The notes under the pieces were generated by a model that saw only the letters and a list, made by a program, of their open reading frames with translations, was not told the DNA's origin and did no database searches. From Macrostomum lignano (taxonomy: Eukaryota): 64,000 nt of DNA. The translations under genes were made by a program, and so were the position numbers. The stretch spans positions 62,001 to 126,000 of the forward strand of contig NIVC01002872.1 in NCBI GenBank assembly GCA_002269645.1, given 5' to 3'. Below, piece after piece: positions 51,490 through 64,000 of this stretch (position 1 is the first letter of the stretch; every line of letters begins with the position of its first letter).

Positions 51490-53147
51490 CTCAGATATGT
51501 GCCAAGCATCATACACTCTGTGCACTAAGCATCCTACAAAGAATGCCAATGGTAGGCCCTTATACATTGGAAAAAGAGCAATTGTGTAGGAGAGAGAGAT
51601 AGAGTTCTATGAATAAAGTATAATGGCAATCAATCAGTGTAGATCTTCTTAGTCTATTAGTATTTATTTCTTGATTAGTATATATCCCCCTTGGTCTCCC
51701 AATATGTATCTCAACAGGTCTCTCAACAATAGAAAATCTAAGGTAGGACTTATACCAATATCAATATGGCAGTAAGTTAATGCATTAAATATTTGTTGCA
51801 TTTCCTTAACAAATATATCTATTTTATCTTTACTTAATTATTCATTTTGTTATCAGATTGTTATTAAGACAGATTTTAGCATATTATCTTTGAATATAGG
51901 CCTACTATCATTTTTGTGATATCCTACAAGCATGCAATGCCCCTTTAATGCACTACCCTTCTAGTGTGCTATCTCTTAGCCCCTCTAACAGATTATGCTC
52001 TATTGGACAATGTTGGGTACCAGTATATTAATAAATGTTAATCCATTAATAAGCATTATAACTGTTTAGATTTTTATTAATGTTAATAGGCTGCTATTAA
52101 GATTTTTTGCACTAATAGTTTAACAAATTTGTGTTAATATTTTTGTACATTAACAACAAATTCATTGTTAACATTAATGACAATATCAATAACCAAAGAT
52201 ACAAAAAAAGAACAAAAATATATGCCTGATAAGATTATAATTATAATATAAATATATTCAAATTTACCTAACTGCCTAACTTATTTCTTTGTTAACTTTC
52301 TGCTAATGCTATTGAAACAACTTTCTTATTTATACTTTATTAACTAATTAGCTTTTAGTTTCAAATAAGTAAGTTATTTCTTTTACCATATGCATATAGT
52401 TAATAATATTATACACACAAGTTTTTACAATTATTGTTATACTTTTTTAGCTTGTAAACTGCTTGGATCATCTTTGTGTTTCATTAAAAATATGTAAAAG
52501 CAAAGACAGTGCATTTTAAGTCTGTTTTTAGAAAAAAAGTGCAAAATTTATGTTTATTTCTATGTTAACTTTACTATAATAATGCTTTTTAATGATTATC
52601 AATTAACTTATATCAGTTAACTTCACAAAATCAAGAGTTTATAAGTTAAGAGGTTTTTATGCTAATGCTTTTGTCATTAATGGAAGTTAAGATTTTGATT
52701 AATGGTGCATAACACTGCTATTGGAGAGATATAGTGTTGCATGCCAATATTTTCTTAAGTATATTCAATAGCTATCCATGAAAATGTCACTTTTCCAATG
52801 AGGCAAATGATTTAGTTATGACTAAAAATATGATTTCAGTTAGTTTTATAAATTAGACCTAAAAACAAAATATAATATTTGATTTCTTATCTATTTTTGT
52901 AGCTTACCATCAGGGCTTAGTCTTTGCTATAATTCATGCTAGCTAGATCCTAGATTAGCCAAGTTGGCTAGCAGTTGGATAAGCAATAATTATATAAATA
53001 GTACTACATAAAATATAGTTTTTGGTATCTTATCTAAAGTTAAAAGGACAGGCTGCCTAGATTTAATGCATATTTTTAGATGGCTAGCAACTCAAATGTG
53101 GGACTTGAGTCTCAAACTATAGCCTAAGACACCAAAACTATATTATA

Positions 53148-53724
53148 CAAGCTGTTGAAACCCGCGGATTTTGAACCCGGGGAATTTCAATCCCTGGAAC
53201 TATTTTTGCATGTACTCGTATTCTAAAATCTGAGGTCAAACTCAAACAAAAACTCGTTAATATATAGTTAGGTTAGAATTAAACATAAAATAGAGTACAT
53301 TTGTGAAAAATTAGGATTTGAGGCAAACATTTATATTGTTGGCTGGGGTGCTGCGAACAGGCAAACTCTGGCCTCTGCCTCTCCTTATGTCCCTTGGATT
53401 CTTAGAAACTTCGACCTTCTCTTCTGTTTCCTCTCCCTCTCTTGTCTCTGTCTCTTCTCTCTCTCTCTCTCTCTTCTATCCCCTATTCTCTCGTCTATTC
53501 TCTCTTCCTTCTATTTTTTTATCCCTCCTCTCCTCCCTCCTCTCTACTCTCTCCTCTCTCCTCTCATCTCTTCTCTTCTTTCCTCTCTCCTCTCTCCTCT
53601 CTTCTATTGTCTCTTCCCTCACCTCTCTTCTCTCTTGTCTTTGCTCTCTTATCTATCTCTTCTTTTATCTTTTCTCTCTTCTCTCTTCTCATTCTTTCTG
53701 CATGTTTTCTCCTCTCTCTTTCCT

Positions 53725-53823
<99 letters not shown>

Positions 53824-54539
53824 ATCTCTCTGCTCTCTCCTGTCCCATATCTCTTTCTCCTCTAATCTCTCCCCTGTTTCCTCTCCTCTCTCATCCTTTC
53901 TCCTCTTTCCCCTGTCCTCTCGGTTTTCTCCCCTCCCCTCCTCTCTCCTCACTCACTTCTCTCTCCCTTTGTCTCACCTCTCATCTCTTATTTCTATCCT
54001 TTTTTTCTTTTCACTCTCCCATCTCTCGTCTGTTCACTCTCGTCTCTGGTCTCTCATCCCCCTCTCTCATCTGCCATCTTTACTCACTTATACTCGTATG
54101 TTTTCTCACCTCTCTTATCTGTACTCTTCTCTTTCCCCTCTTTTGACTCCTCTCTTTCCTTTCTCCTTTTTCCCTTCTCTTCTCTTCCCTCTTCTATTCT
54201 CTCCCTCTCTTGTCTTCTCTCTTCTTTCTTCACTCTCCTCTCTCCTCTCATATATCGCGTTCACTCTCATCTTTGCTCTCTACCCCCTCTCCTGTCATCT
54301 TTACTCTCCACTCTCCTGTGTACTCTTCTCTTTCCCATCTACTGAATCCTCTCTTCTTACTCCTCTTCTCTTCCCTCTTCTATACTCTCTCCCCTCTATT
54401 CTCTTCTCTTGTCTCTTTGCACTCTGCTCTCTCTTCCTTCATCTCTCATCTCTACTCTCTCATCTCCACAATCTCATCTTTCCTCTCTCCTCTTCTTCCC
54501 TTTACTCTATCATTTCTCCTTTCTCCTCTCTTCTTTCTC

Positions 54540-54605
<66 letters not shown>

Positions 54606-56164
54606 TCTTATCTCCTCTCTTCTCACTCCTCTCTCCCTCTCTCTCCCCTCCTATCTCCTCTCTGTTCTCTATTCTCTATTCTCTTCTCACTCTTCTCTAC
54701 TCTCCTCTCTCATCGATCCTCTGTCTCATCTCTCCCCTCTTCTTTCTTCCTCTTCTCACCTCTACTGCCTCCTCTCCCTCCTGTCTCCCTTCCTCTCGCT
54801 TCCTCCTCCCATATTCTCTGCTCTCTCCTCATCTTCACCCCACTCGTCTCTCCTGTTATCTTATATCTTTTCTCTTACCCCCCTCTCGCCCTTCCTCTCT
54901 TTCTAATAGTCTATTCCTTTTCTTTTTCACTCTCATCTGGCCCGCAGCCATGAGTTGGATTCTTTATCTGGCCTTTGAGTTAAAAATCTACTGATCCCTG
55001 CTTCGAAAGCCAGTTTGTGGGATGTAGTACTATCATGGTTATCATTTCTCATGCTTTAATCACGTCACCTTTCTCGCCAATTAGCAGCCCTGAGAGGAAT
55101 TTGTGTATCTCCAGCTACACTACCACAGTCTGCACTCTGCAGCAGTCTAACAACCAAGGAAATGCGCATTTCTTAGGAGTCATTTAAAATTTAAAGTTAG
55201 TTACCCTATGCGAAACTTAATGTTAAAAGCTTCATGGTGTAACTAATTTAGTAGTATTGCATTGTAATAAGTTATTCATTAATTTTTCGCTATTTTTACG
55301 AACCATCCTGCATTGCCTTGATTTGCCTATTTGCCATCCACTATTAAACTGCTGCAGACTTGTCTATACAGAGGACAGTGGTTTGAATCTCTCGCTGAAA
55401 CTGTCTCTCCTCTCCAGGCCTCTCCACTCGCGGGGTTGCAGAGAAGGCTATTAAAAGTTATTCCAAAACACTGTACGTTGCCATGTACATTCAGCCCTAT
55501 CGCCTGACCCTTCGTCTGGCTCTGGGGGAATGAGTGAGTGAGTGGCACAAACAACAGAAAAAGCAGACAAACTTCACACGCTTACAGTTTCTTTTCTGAA
55601 TGAGTTACAGAGTTGAAACTTTACAGTTAGACAGAGAATGAGTCAATGAAGAATTGTGTCAAGTTTGAAGTCAATCGCTTCACGTGGAGCAAACTTATGG
55701 CAGCCGAAAGTTAGTCATTTTAAACCCCTTTTTCACATCTGGGCCCAGATCGGGAAAGAGAGGCAGGCGGGCGGAGGTTGGGGTGGCTGCCTCGCTGAAA
55801 AAAACAGCCTAAATTTAAAAGTGCACAGCGGCTTTCAGGATTAACTTTGAGATTTGAAATTTTACACGATTGTGTCAAAATAGTTGAAAATTGCCTGTGT
55901 CAAATTTGAAGAGAATCGGTAGAAGTGGAGCGGCGCTATGGAGGATTTAGTGAAAAAATCGCGCATTTTGAGCAGTTTTTTGCACTTTTAGGTGGGAAGA
56001 CTCAAATTTAGGAAATTTTAAGGTAGCCTAAGACATTCTCCGTAGTAATTTTAGGGTGGGTGTAAAGTTAGGTGTAATTTGGTTGAGCGGTTTGGGAGTC
56101 CATAGCGATCAAAATTGTCCACACACAGACACACACACAGAGTTTTGATTTTTATATGTAGAGA
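53148..56164 (-). mobile_element. Helitron-like unit A (about 3 kb, includes the CT-rich tract)
   Basis: Minus-strand 5' TCTCTACATATAAAA plus (TG/TGTC) microsatellite at 56164; 3' CCGCGGG hairpin then CTTG|T at 53148. Continuity between the two ends is inferred. Confidence 0.5.
53410..54945. repeat. Degenerate CT-rich low-complexity tract with pure (CT)n blocks
   Basis: Directly visible; gives the L/S-rich spurious ORFs 53318-54994. Confidence 0.97.
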
Positions 56165-58027
56165 CGAGGCCAACTCCTCCTCTGGAGGAGAAAGGGGAAG
56201 AACTCCCATCACCGGAATTCCATTCCCTGAAATCCATCAGCTGAAATTCCATGACTTGAATCCCATCTTCCAAATCATCTCCAAATCCTCTGTAAAGCCT
56301 TTCAAATACCATATCTTGTTTTCCCTGTTCGCAAAAACTGACTGCCATTGTCCAGACTCAGATTCTTCTGTCTCCTCTCTTCTCTTTTCTCTCCTCTCAC
56401 GTCCCTCATCTCTACCACCTTATTTATCTCTTCTCCCTCGTCTTTCGTCTTTCTCTCCTGTCTCCTTTATCCCCTGTTTTCTCCTCTCTCCTCTCTTCTC
56501 TCCTCTCTCATCTCTCATCCCTCATGCCTCATCTCACTATTTCTTTCTCCTCTACTCTCAGCTCCTCTCTTCTCTCTCCTCTCCTCTCTCCTGTCTCCCT
56601 CTGCTATCTCATATCTTCCCTCTCATCTCCTCTCTCCTCTTTTCTTCTCTCTCCATCTTCGTTCCCGCCTTACTCCCCTCTTCTCTCCCATCTGTCATGT
56701 CTAATCTGCCCTCTCTCATCTCTACTCTCTTTTCTATAATCTCTTCTCTCTTCTCTTTTCACTCTTCTCTTTACTCTCTTTACTGACTGACTGAAGATAC
56801 CAAATCCATCAAAATCCCTCCATGAAACAGAAACCCTCTCCGTGAAACTGGACTCCTTTCGAAATCCAATCCGCCAAACAGAAATCCTCTCCGTGAAACT
56901 GGGCTCCATGGAAATCCTCTGAGTGAAACTGACATCCATCAAAATCGTCTCCGTAAAACAGAAATACATCTAGATTCTCTCCACGAAAAAGAAATCCTCT
57001 CCGTGAAACCGAAAACCATCAGAATACTCCGTGAAACTGGACTCAATCGAAATTTTCTCTGTCAAAAAGAACTTAACTCTCAGAATTCATTGGTTAGGGT
57101 TAGGGTTAGAGCTGCACAGAGCTGCGTGTTGAATTAATTGAATCAATTAATTGCGCAAACCATTTCTCAGTCAGACAGTATCAGTCTTATTTAAAGTTAA
57201 ATAAACGGTTGCGCAATCTAAATCAACCCTCCAATACGCAGCGGCAGACCCCCTTCCAATACGCCCAACTTTATCTATTACGTCTCGCAAAACTGAGTAC
57301 AATTTTTGCAGAAAGTTAAAAGTATGGAAATAGTTTTTTAAATGCTGTGCTTTTTCTTTTCATTTTAAAGCATACAACTTATATCCCCGAACTCAGCGTT
57401 GCAAGATCTTTCCAGCAATATAAGTCTCTCCTCTCAAAGTTTAAAACTCGAGAACAGTTAGCGTTTGAAATTTACCAATTTCCCGACTGCTTGCTAGAGA
57501 AGCTCGCAAGTTTATTCATTGAATTTCACTGCCAAACTAATACACAGGGCTGCCAATAATAAAACCAAATGAATCTCGACACAGTCTATCTATTTACACT
57601 GTACAACTGCTATGTACACTCAGCCCAAGCCCAACCCCCGTTCTGGGGGAAGCATAAATTTAACTCGACCCCCCAACACGCGGGGGTTTTATTTGCATTG
57701 AACGCAGAACACGCGCACCCACCACCCCTCAATACACAGCGGCCCGCGGGCGGAGGTTGGGGTGGCTATTTTTACAAACTGGCTGAAGCCCCAGGCAGAG
57801 TGACCAAAGAAGGTTATTGGGGGTTAAAAAAGCAGTTTTCTGCTTTTTTAGGGATGTTAAAATGTGAAAATTAAAAATTAAAATAGCCTAAAGCCTGCTC
57901 CGGAAAATTTGCAGTTTTCCCATATAAGTTTCGACGTTGACTTGGCAGAATTGTAGGAGTTCACTTGCTACATACAGACAGACAGACATACAGACAGACA
58001 AACATCGCGTCGGTTTTAGTATAAGGA
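56165..58027 (-). mobile_element. Helitron-like unit B
   Basis: 5' TCCTTATACTAAAA plus (TGTC)n at 58027; paralogous to unit C over most of its length; contains TTAGGG, CTCCGTGAAACTG subrepeats and a CT expansion (56360-56790); 3' CTCCT-CCAG-AGGAG hairpin then CTCG|T. Confidence 0.6.
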
Positions 58028-59552
58028 CGAGGCCAACTCCTCCTCTGGAGGAGAAAGGGGAAGAATTCCCATCACCGGTACTCCATTCCCTGAAATGCCA
58101 TTCCCTGAATCCCATCATCCAACTTCTCTCCGCGAAACTGAACATCATCGAAATCTTCTCCGTAAAAGAGAACTCCATCAAACACCTCTCCGTGAAACTG
58201 ACATTCATCAAAATCCCCTCCGAGAAATAGAAATCCTCTCCGTGAAACTGGACTCCATGGAAATCCTCTCCGTGAAACTGACATTCATCAAAATCCCCTC
58301 CGAGAAACAGAAATCCTCTCCGTGAAACTGGACTCCATGGAAATCCTCTCCGTGAAACTGACATTCATCAAAATCCCCTCCGAGAAACAGAAATCCTCTC
58401 CGTGAAACTGGACTCCATGGAAATCCTCTCCGTGAAACTGACATCCATCAAAATCGTCTCCGCGAAACAGAAATTCTCTCCATTAAACTGGACTGAATCG
58501 AAATTTTCTCCGTAAAAAAGAATCAACTCTCAGGATTTAGTGGTTAGGGTTAGGGTTAGGGTTAGAGCTACAACGCAGCAGCGTGTTGAACCAATTGAAT
58601 TAATTGAATGCGCAACCGATTTCACAGTCAGTCAGTATCAGTCTCGGTAAAAGTTAACAAAAAGATTGCGCAAACTAAATCAACCCTCCAATACACAGCG
58701 ACTGACCCCCTTCCAATACGCAGTGGCAATTAAAAGTTGAACCCCCCTCCCACCAACTTTTGGGGGTTGGTCGAACCCCCATTGAACTCCAAAATGAGTA
58801 CACTGCCGAAAGTTAAAAGTATGGAAATCGTTTTTTAAATGCTGTGCTTTTTGTTTTCACATTTAAAGCAAACAACTTATATCCCCGAACTCAGTATTGC
58901 AAGATCTTTCCAGTAATATAAGTCTCTCTTCTGAAAGTTTAAAACTCGAGGAACAGTTAGCGCTTGAAATTTCCTGATTTAAAGCATTAAAGTATCGAGT
59001 GTACGTTCACAGCCTGCTAAAGAGGCTCGCAAGTTTATTCATTAAATTTTACTGCCCAGCAAATACACATGGCTGCCTATTGAATGCCGCCGATAATAAA
59101 ACCAATTAAATCTCGACACAGTCCTAGCTATCTCCTTACACTGTACAACTGCTATGTACACTCAGCCCAAGCCCAACCCCCTCCCATTCCGGGGGAATCG
59201 TTAAATTTAATTGAACCCCCCAACACGCGGGGGGTTATTTGCATTGAACGCGGAACACGCGCACCCACCACCCCTCAATACACAGCGGCCGCGGGCGGAG
59301 GTTGGGGTGGCTATTTTTACAAACTGGCTGCAGCCCCAGGCAGAGTGGCCAAAGAAGGTTATTGAGGGTTAAAAAAACAGTTTTCTGCTTTTCTAGGGAT
59401 CTTAAAATGTAAAAATGAAAGATTAAAATTGCTATAAACCCAATCCGGAAAATTTGCAGTTTTCCCATATAAGTTTCAACGCTGACTTGCCAGTAGTCTA
59501 GGAGAAAAATTGCAACACACAAACAAACAACGCACCACTTTTAGTATTAAGA
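58028..59552 (-). mobile_element. Helitron-like unit C
   Basis: Canonical A|TC 5' junction at 59553/59552 (TCTTAATACTAAAAG plus TGTT repeats); same body and 3' hairpin as unit B. Confidence 0.6.
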
Positions 59553-60198
59553 TATAAGGAGATATAATACTATTCCTCAATCTTTATCTGAGGATTAAGT
59601 ATAAGAATTGCCTAAGATTCATTAAAAATAACTTTAGTTGTTAGGCCTATCATTTATGATATATTTTATATGACTTAGAGTCTTTGTTAGACTTGTTTTA
59701 ACTTTGAAATAACTTTTAATACCAAATGCTATTTTATAGAATTGATTAGATAAAACCTGAAATTAAACATACTTTTATATCTATTATGCTAAAATGATTT
59801 ATCTCTAATAATCTAAATATATTTAGTTATTATAATATAGCATACATATAGTATATTGCAGTAATTATGCTAATTGCTAAAGGATGCATCATTTATTGAT
59901 TACAATGTTCAATCTATTTTATATTTTTAGGTTTTCTAGTATTCTAGTATATATGATTGATAATGATAACAAATATCATGATTTCTGGCCACTGGCCAAA
60001 TGTTAGCTTAAATTATGCATTTAACAATTGTTGTTAAGAATAATGCATCCTGTGTCTGACAAAAAAGCCGAATTTATGCGGCCATTGCTTTTTTAATTGT
60101 TCAAATAGATATAACTTTCTCTAGCTAAACTTTTATTTCTATTGCATGAGCTTGATTTCATCATATTTGGACAGCCTGTCTGCTAGCTGTCGGTTGCT

Positions 60199-63100
60199 AT
60201 GGAGCAACTAAAGCAGCCAACTGATGCAGAGCAGCGAGTATATATTGCCTTAGACAATGTTGAAATCCCCTCTTTATCAAATCAGAATGCTATTCAGTGC
60301 ATCGAACTTGATGGTCGCTACATTCAAATAGTGAACTTGAACTCGGCCGTTGGTAGTGGCGATGCTCTCCTTTCAGCCCTGTGGGCAGAGGCCCCAGCAA
60401 GCTCTGGTAGTGTCTACCAGACTCTCACCGTGTCCACAGATGATACCGCAGCAATGGCGGTGCCGCAGGCATCGACCATAACTATACCTGCTTCAGATGC
60501 AAACAGCGGCTACTTGCAGATTGTCAGTTTTGCTGACCAATCAACTGCTACTGCCACTGCCTCTGCGCCTGCTAATGCTTCTTTACAGCAGCATCAACAG
60601 CTGCAACAGCCGAGCTCTGATTCACCTGCCGCCGCCAGGTCTCCGCCGCCCATAGGCTACGCTCACTGTCCCTGCTGTCAGGTACTAGTGTCTTGCTACA
60701 GTCTCACCTCGCACGTGTTAGATCACGCCCTACGTAAACCCTTCGACTGTGAGGTAGCCGATTGCGACGAAGCGTTTTCTACTATGGAGAATCTCCGTCT
60801 ACACGTGGCTATTAATCATGCGAATTCTCCGGCAGAATCTGAGGACCAATCAGTTGCCAGGTCCGGATTTGTCTGTCCGATCTGCTCCAAGCGGATCATG
60901 CGTCGGTCCGCTTTTGTGGCGCATTGCTCACTGCATTGGACAGACGAAGTCTATCAATGCCCAGTGTGCTCTCAAGACTTCGATCAGCGTCTCAACCTGC
61001 TGCTGCATTTCCGTTCAGTTTGCAGCGCTAAGCTCCGCTCACTGAATGGCCAGGCGTCTGCGTCGCCTCCGTCTGGCAGCGCCGGCGCCCTGCCCGATTT
61101 GTCCAGCCCAATGCTGAAGAAACGGAGACGTAAGCAGCAGCAGCAGCAGTTGGCGGCGGCCGGTGCTAGTCCTAGTGAAGAACTTCCTGCCGCTAAGACT
61201 AAGGTAGGCAGAACGGTTTTCGCGTTAAACGCATATCTGACTCGCTCGTTTCAACTCGCCGAATTCATTTTTGGGCTTGTGTGCATGGAAATCAGCCAAG
61301 AGGGCCAGCCCCCCCCCCAAGGCGCAGAGGGTGCACATGCCTGACAACTAGAAAGGCAGTGCCGCTGTACACCCTGTGTGAGCGTGTCTGTCTGTGTTAG
61401 GGGGGCCGTAGCCCAGCGGTAGCGCAGCTGCTCTGGTGTGCCAGCGACCCAGGCTCGATTCCAAGTGCAGTCACATTAATTTGGGGCTAAATTGGAATCT
61501 CGGCTTGGCTCTGCTCGTGCAATTAACGGCCTTGAGAGCCAACCCCCAAGGCGCAGTGAAGTGTACATGCCTAACGATAAAATAAAGTTAGGGCCGCTGT
61601 ACACTCCTGTGTGAGTGTGTGCCTGCGTACGTATCCGCGCGCTTGTGTGCCTGCTCAGGGGAGTCGGCGGAATGGGCAGCAATGCCTCTCGCCGGTTGTG
61701 TGCCAATGTCGCTTAAAGTGCGCCAGGGTGCACACAACCCCCTGCCTCTAATAAAGAGCGTGTCTGTGAGTGCTGTGCCTGCGTACAGTATTGTCATTCG
61801 CCGAACAAATGAAGCCTAATTCGATCACCTTTGTAGCCGCAGCAGCAGCAGCAACAGAAAAAGAAGAGAAAATACCATCGGCCTCGCAAAATAGTGATCG
61901 CTGACACCGACCGGTGCGCCGCCGACGGCCTCGTCGCCGCTGTTGATTTGGGCGACGAGCTTCGTGGCACAGAAGCCGCCAAGCTGGTAAACCCTAGCCA
62001 CCCGCGCCGTTGCCCTCTGTGTAGTAAGGATTTCCCAAAGAATTTCCTACTAATTAGGCACCTGCTGTCCCACACGGGCGAGAAGCCCTATCGCTGTTTG
62101 GCCTGCAATAAATCGTTTAACCAGCGATCAACTCTGCGCACTCACGAACGGCTGCACGCTGGCAGCAAGCACAAGTGCGACCTGTGCGAGTTTTCTACAG
62201 CTCAGCGGTACAATTTGAAACTGCACATGGCCAGGCAGCACGGCGAATGTGCTAAAGATCCGCAGGTGAGAGAGCTGTACAGAGATTGCTGTTGTGTTGA
62301 TAATACTAATTAACTACACTTGCCCCTAATAGGGATGTGCAACTGGCACCCATTATACAGCTGTGTGAACTGAAGCAATGCAGAGTTTAGTGTGTCTTGC
62401 TCAAGGACACAAATTGTTCCAGAGGGATCGGGAATCGAACCCCCGACCTTGAGTCGTGAGTTCGACGCTCTAACCACTAGGCTAGAACCCCCCTGGCTAG
62501 TTGTGATGATATCTGCCCCAGTTGTGTATACACCCGATAGAATTTCATTGTTTGAATATAAAAATCTTATTATAATTATGAAATTCAATGCTTTTTAAAT
62601 TTGTACCAAACTCTAAGATGTACATATCTTGCCTTCTTACCAGTTTCATTCTATGTGTTAATCAGTTTATCTTAGTGCATGCAAATTATACTACTGTCCT
62701 AAGAGTAGCCAGCCACTTCAGGTTCTATATTATCTGTGGACTAATTCCAACGAAGGTTAACTAGATTGACAAACCAAACTGCAGGTAACCGCCATAGCCG
62801 AGAAGATCAAACAGCGCCGGCCGCCGAAATCTAAAAGTGTCGGCACAGCCACCGACAATGCCGTTGAACGGGGCGACCTCGCAACAACCGCCGATGGCGA
62901 CAATTCGACCATTGCTGCAGTTTCTGTTTCAATTGAAGCAACGGCCGATTCTGCCCCGGCCACCGCTGTCGCCGAACCAGCTGTTGAACCTCCAGCCACT
63001 GTTGCTAAGCCGAGTTCGAAACGATCGGCCGCCGCTTCAAAGTCGGCATCAAAAACGGCGGCCTCCGGTCAATCGTCTGTTGAAGCGGCCGATTCTCAGC

Positions 63101-63269
63101 AGCCGCAGCAGCCGTCCACCTCCACCTCAACTGTGATTGGCTTGCAGCCTCTGGTTAAATCGGCAACTGATAAAGCAACTGGTCGCAGTTTCACTTACGA
63201 AGCCGTGGCCAATAGGAAACGGTGCATGGTCTGTAGGCACGCGTTTCGCCGTATTGTCGACTTGGCTAG
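60199..63269 (+). CDS. Multi-C2H2 zinc-finger protein; join(60199-61203,61837-62265,62785-63269...), 3' end not resolved
   Basis: Seven complete C2H2/C2HC fingers including an HTGEKPY linker, Q/A-rich spacers, basic clusters (LKKRRRK, KKKRK); donors AAG|GTAGGC and CAG|GTGAGA in phase 0; an eighth finger is cut by a probable donor AG|GTTTGT at 63269. Confidence 0.85.
61400..61755 (+). mobile_element. Full-length SINE family 2 in zinc-finger intron
   Basis: A box TAGCCCAGCGG, B box GGCTCGATTCC, CTCTAATAAA tail; GAGCGTGTCTGT occurs on both flanks (possible partial TSD). Confidence 0.92.
62315..62493 (-). mobile_element. SINE family 1 copy with internal deletion
   Basis: Minus strand TAGCCTAGTGG...GGTTCGATTCCC...CCTTGAGCAAGACAC. 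Confidence 0.85.
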
Positions 63270-63357
63270 GTTTGTTTATCATAGCTTGGTTTATTTCAAT
63301 AATAGGGTTGCTTTTTGACTTTTATTAAAAAGTGAAGAGTTTTAGTCATATTTTAGT

Positions 63358-63890
63358 TGATTTTTGTAGTTTCCATCCGAATTGAAATAATTGGGATTTT
63401 TGTGGTTTCCATCCGAATTGAAATAATCGGGATTTTTGTGGTTTCCATCCGAATTGAAATAATCGGGATTTTTGTGGTTTCCATCCGAATTGAAATAATC
63501 GGGATTTTTGTGGTTTCCATCCGAATTGAAATAATTGGGATTTTTGTGGTTTCCATCCGAATTGAAATAATCGGGATTTTTGTGGTTTCCATCCGAATTG
63601 AAATAATCGGGATTTTTGTGGTTTCCATCCGAATTGAAATAATCGGGATTTTTGTGGTTTCCATCCGAATTGAAATAATCGTCATTTTTGTGGTTTCCAT
63701 CCGAATTGAAATAATCGGGATTTTTGTGGTTTTTTCCATCACAAATGAAAAAATGGAGATTTTTGTGGTTTCCATCCCAATTGAAAAAAATGGGATTTTT
63801 GTGGTTTCCATCACAAATGAAATAATAGGGATTATTGTGGTTTCCATCCCAATTAAGATAATGGGGATTTTTGTAGCTTCCATCCCACAA
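63358..63890. repeat. 36-bp minisatellite TTGAAATAATCGGGATTTTTGTGGTTTCCATCCGAA, about 14 copies
   Basis: Directly visible; explains ORFs 63342-63929. Confidence 0.96.
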
Positions 63891-64000
63891 TAAATGTTGG
63901 TATTGTCCCAATATGTCTATTATATTCACACCTCGGGCGAAAGAATCGGGGTTATTAATATATCTTACCTCGGCCCCCCCGCCATCCCGCCAGACACATG

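Noticed and set aside
53318-54994. 558-aa L/S-rich ORF resembling a membrane protein
   Set aside because: CT-rich low-complexity DNA lacks stop codons; no domain structure.
63342-63929. ORFs with NSDGNHKNPDYF or METTKIPIISIR repeats
   Set aside because: 36-bp minisatellite open in several frames; intronic position.

Overview
Eukaryotic (invertebrate metazoan) genomic DNA. TTAGGG tracts, a minisatellite in most introns, Ala/Gln-rich GC-rich exons and an intronless peptide GPCR would fit a spiralian such as a macrostomid flatworm, but this is inference only. Six protein-coding genes were reconstructed by hand with GT-AG boundaries: an intronless FMRFamide-receptor-like class A GPCR (+, 1333-2496), Rab18 (+, 5 exons), a six-repeat beta-thymosin/WH2 protein (-, 2 exons), TMEM231 (-, 5 exons), a Na+/Ca2+ exchanger of the SLC8/NCX family (-, 7 exons, about 809 aa) and a multi-C2H2 zinc-finger gene (+, apparently continuing past the last recognisable exon). 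The rest is dense with mobile DNA: three Merlin-type (IS1595-related) elements with 8-bp TSDs, one keeping a transposase C-terminus; two copies of a palindromic P/hAT-type MITE; a hAT-like MITE; two tRNA-derived SINE families; and several non-autonomous Helitron-like elements, some carrying large satellites and three stacked head-to-tail. More than 15 distinct micro/minisatellites are present, and these explain nearly all the long ORFs in the track. The most unusual observations are: a 40-bp intronic array whose unit looks like an LTR end plus a tRNA-Leu primer-binding site; flip/flop isomers and arm-to-arm homogenisation in the palindromic MITE; splice-donor-bearing arrays in NCX introns; a perfect RFX X-box inside the last NCX intron upstream of TMEM231; and CpG-depleted 5' gene domains with a steep GC3 gradient. 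No CRISPR array, rRNA or intact tRNA gene was found. All counts are by hand and approximate.
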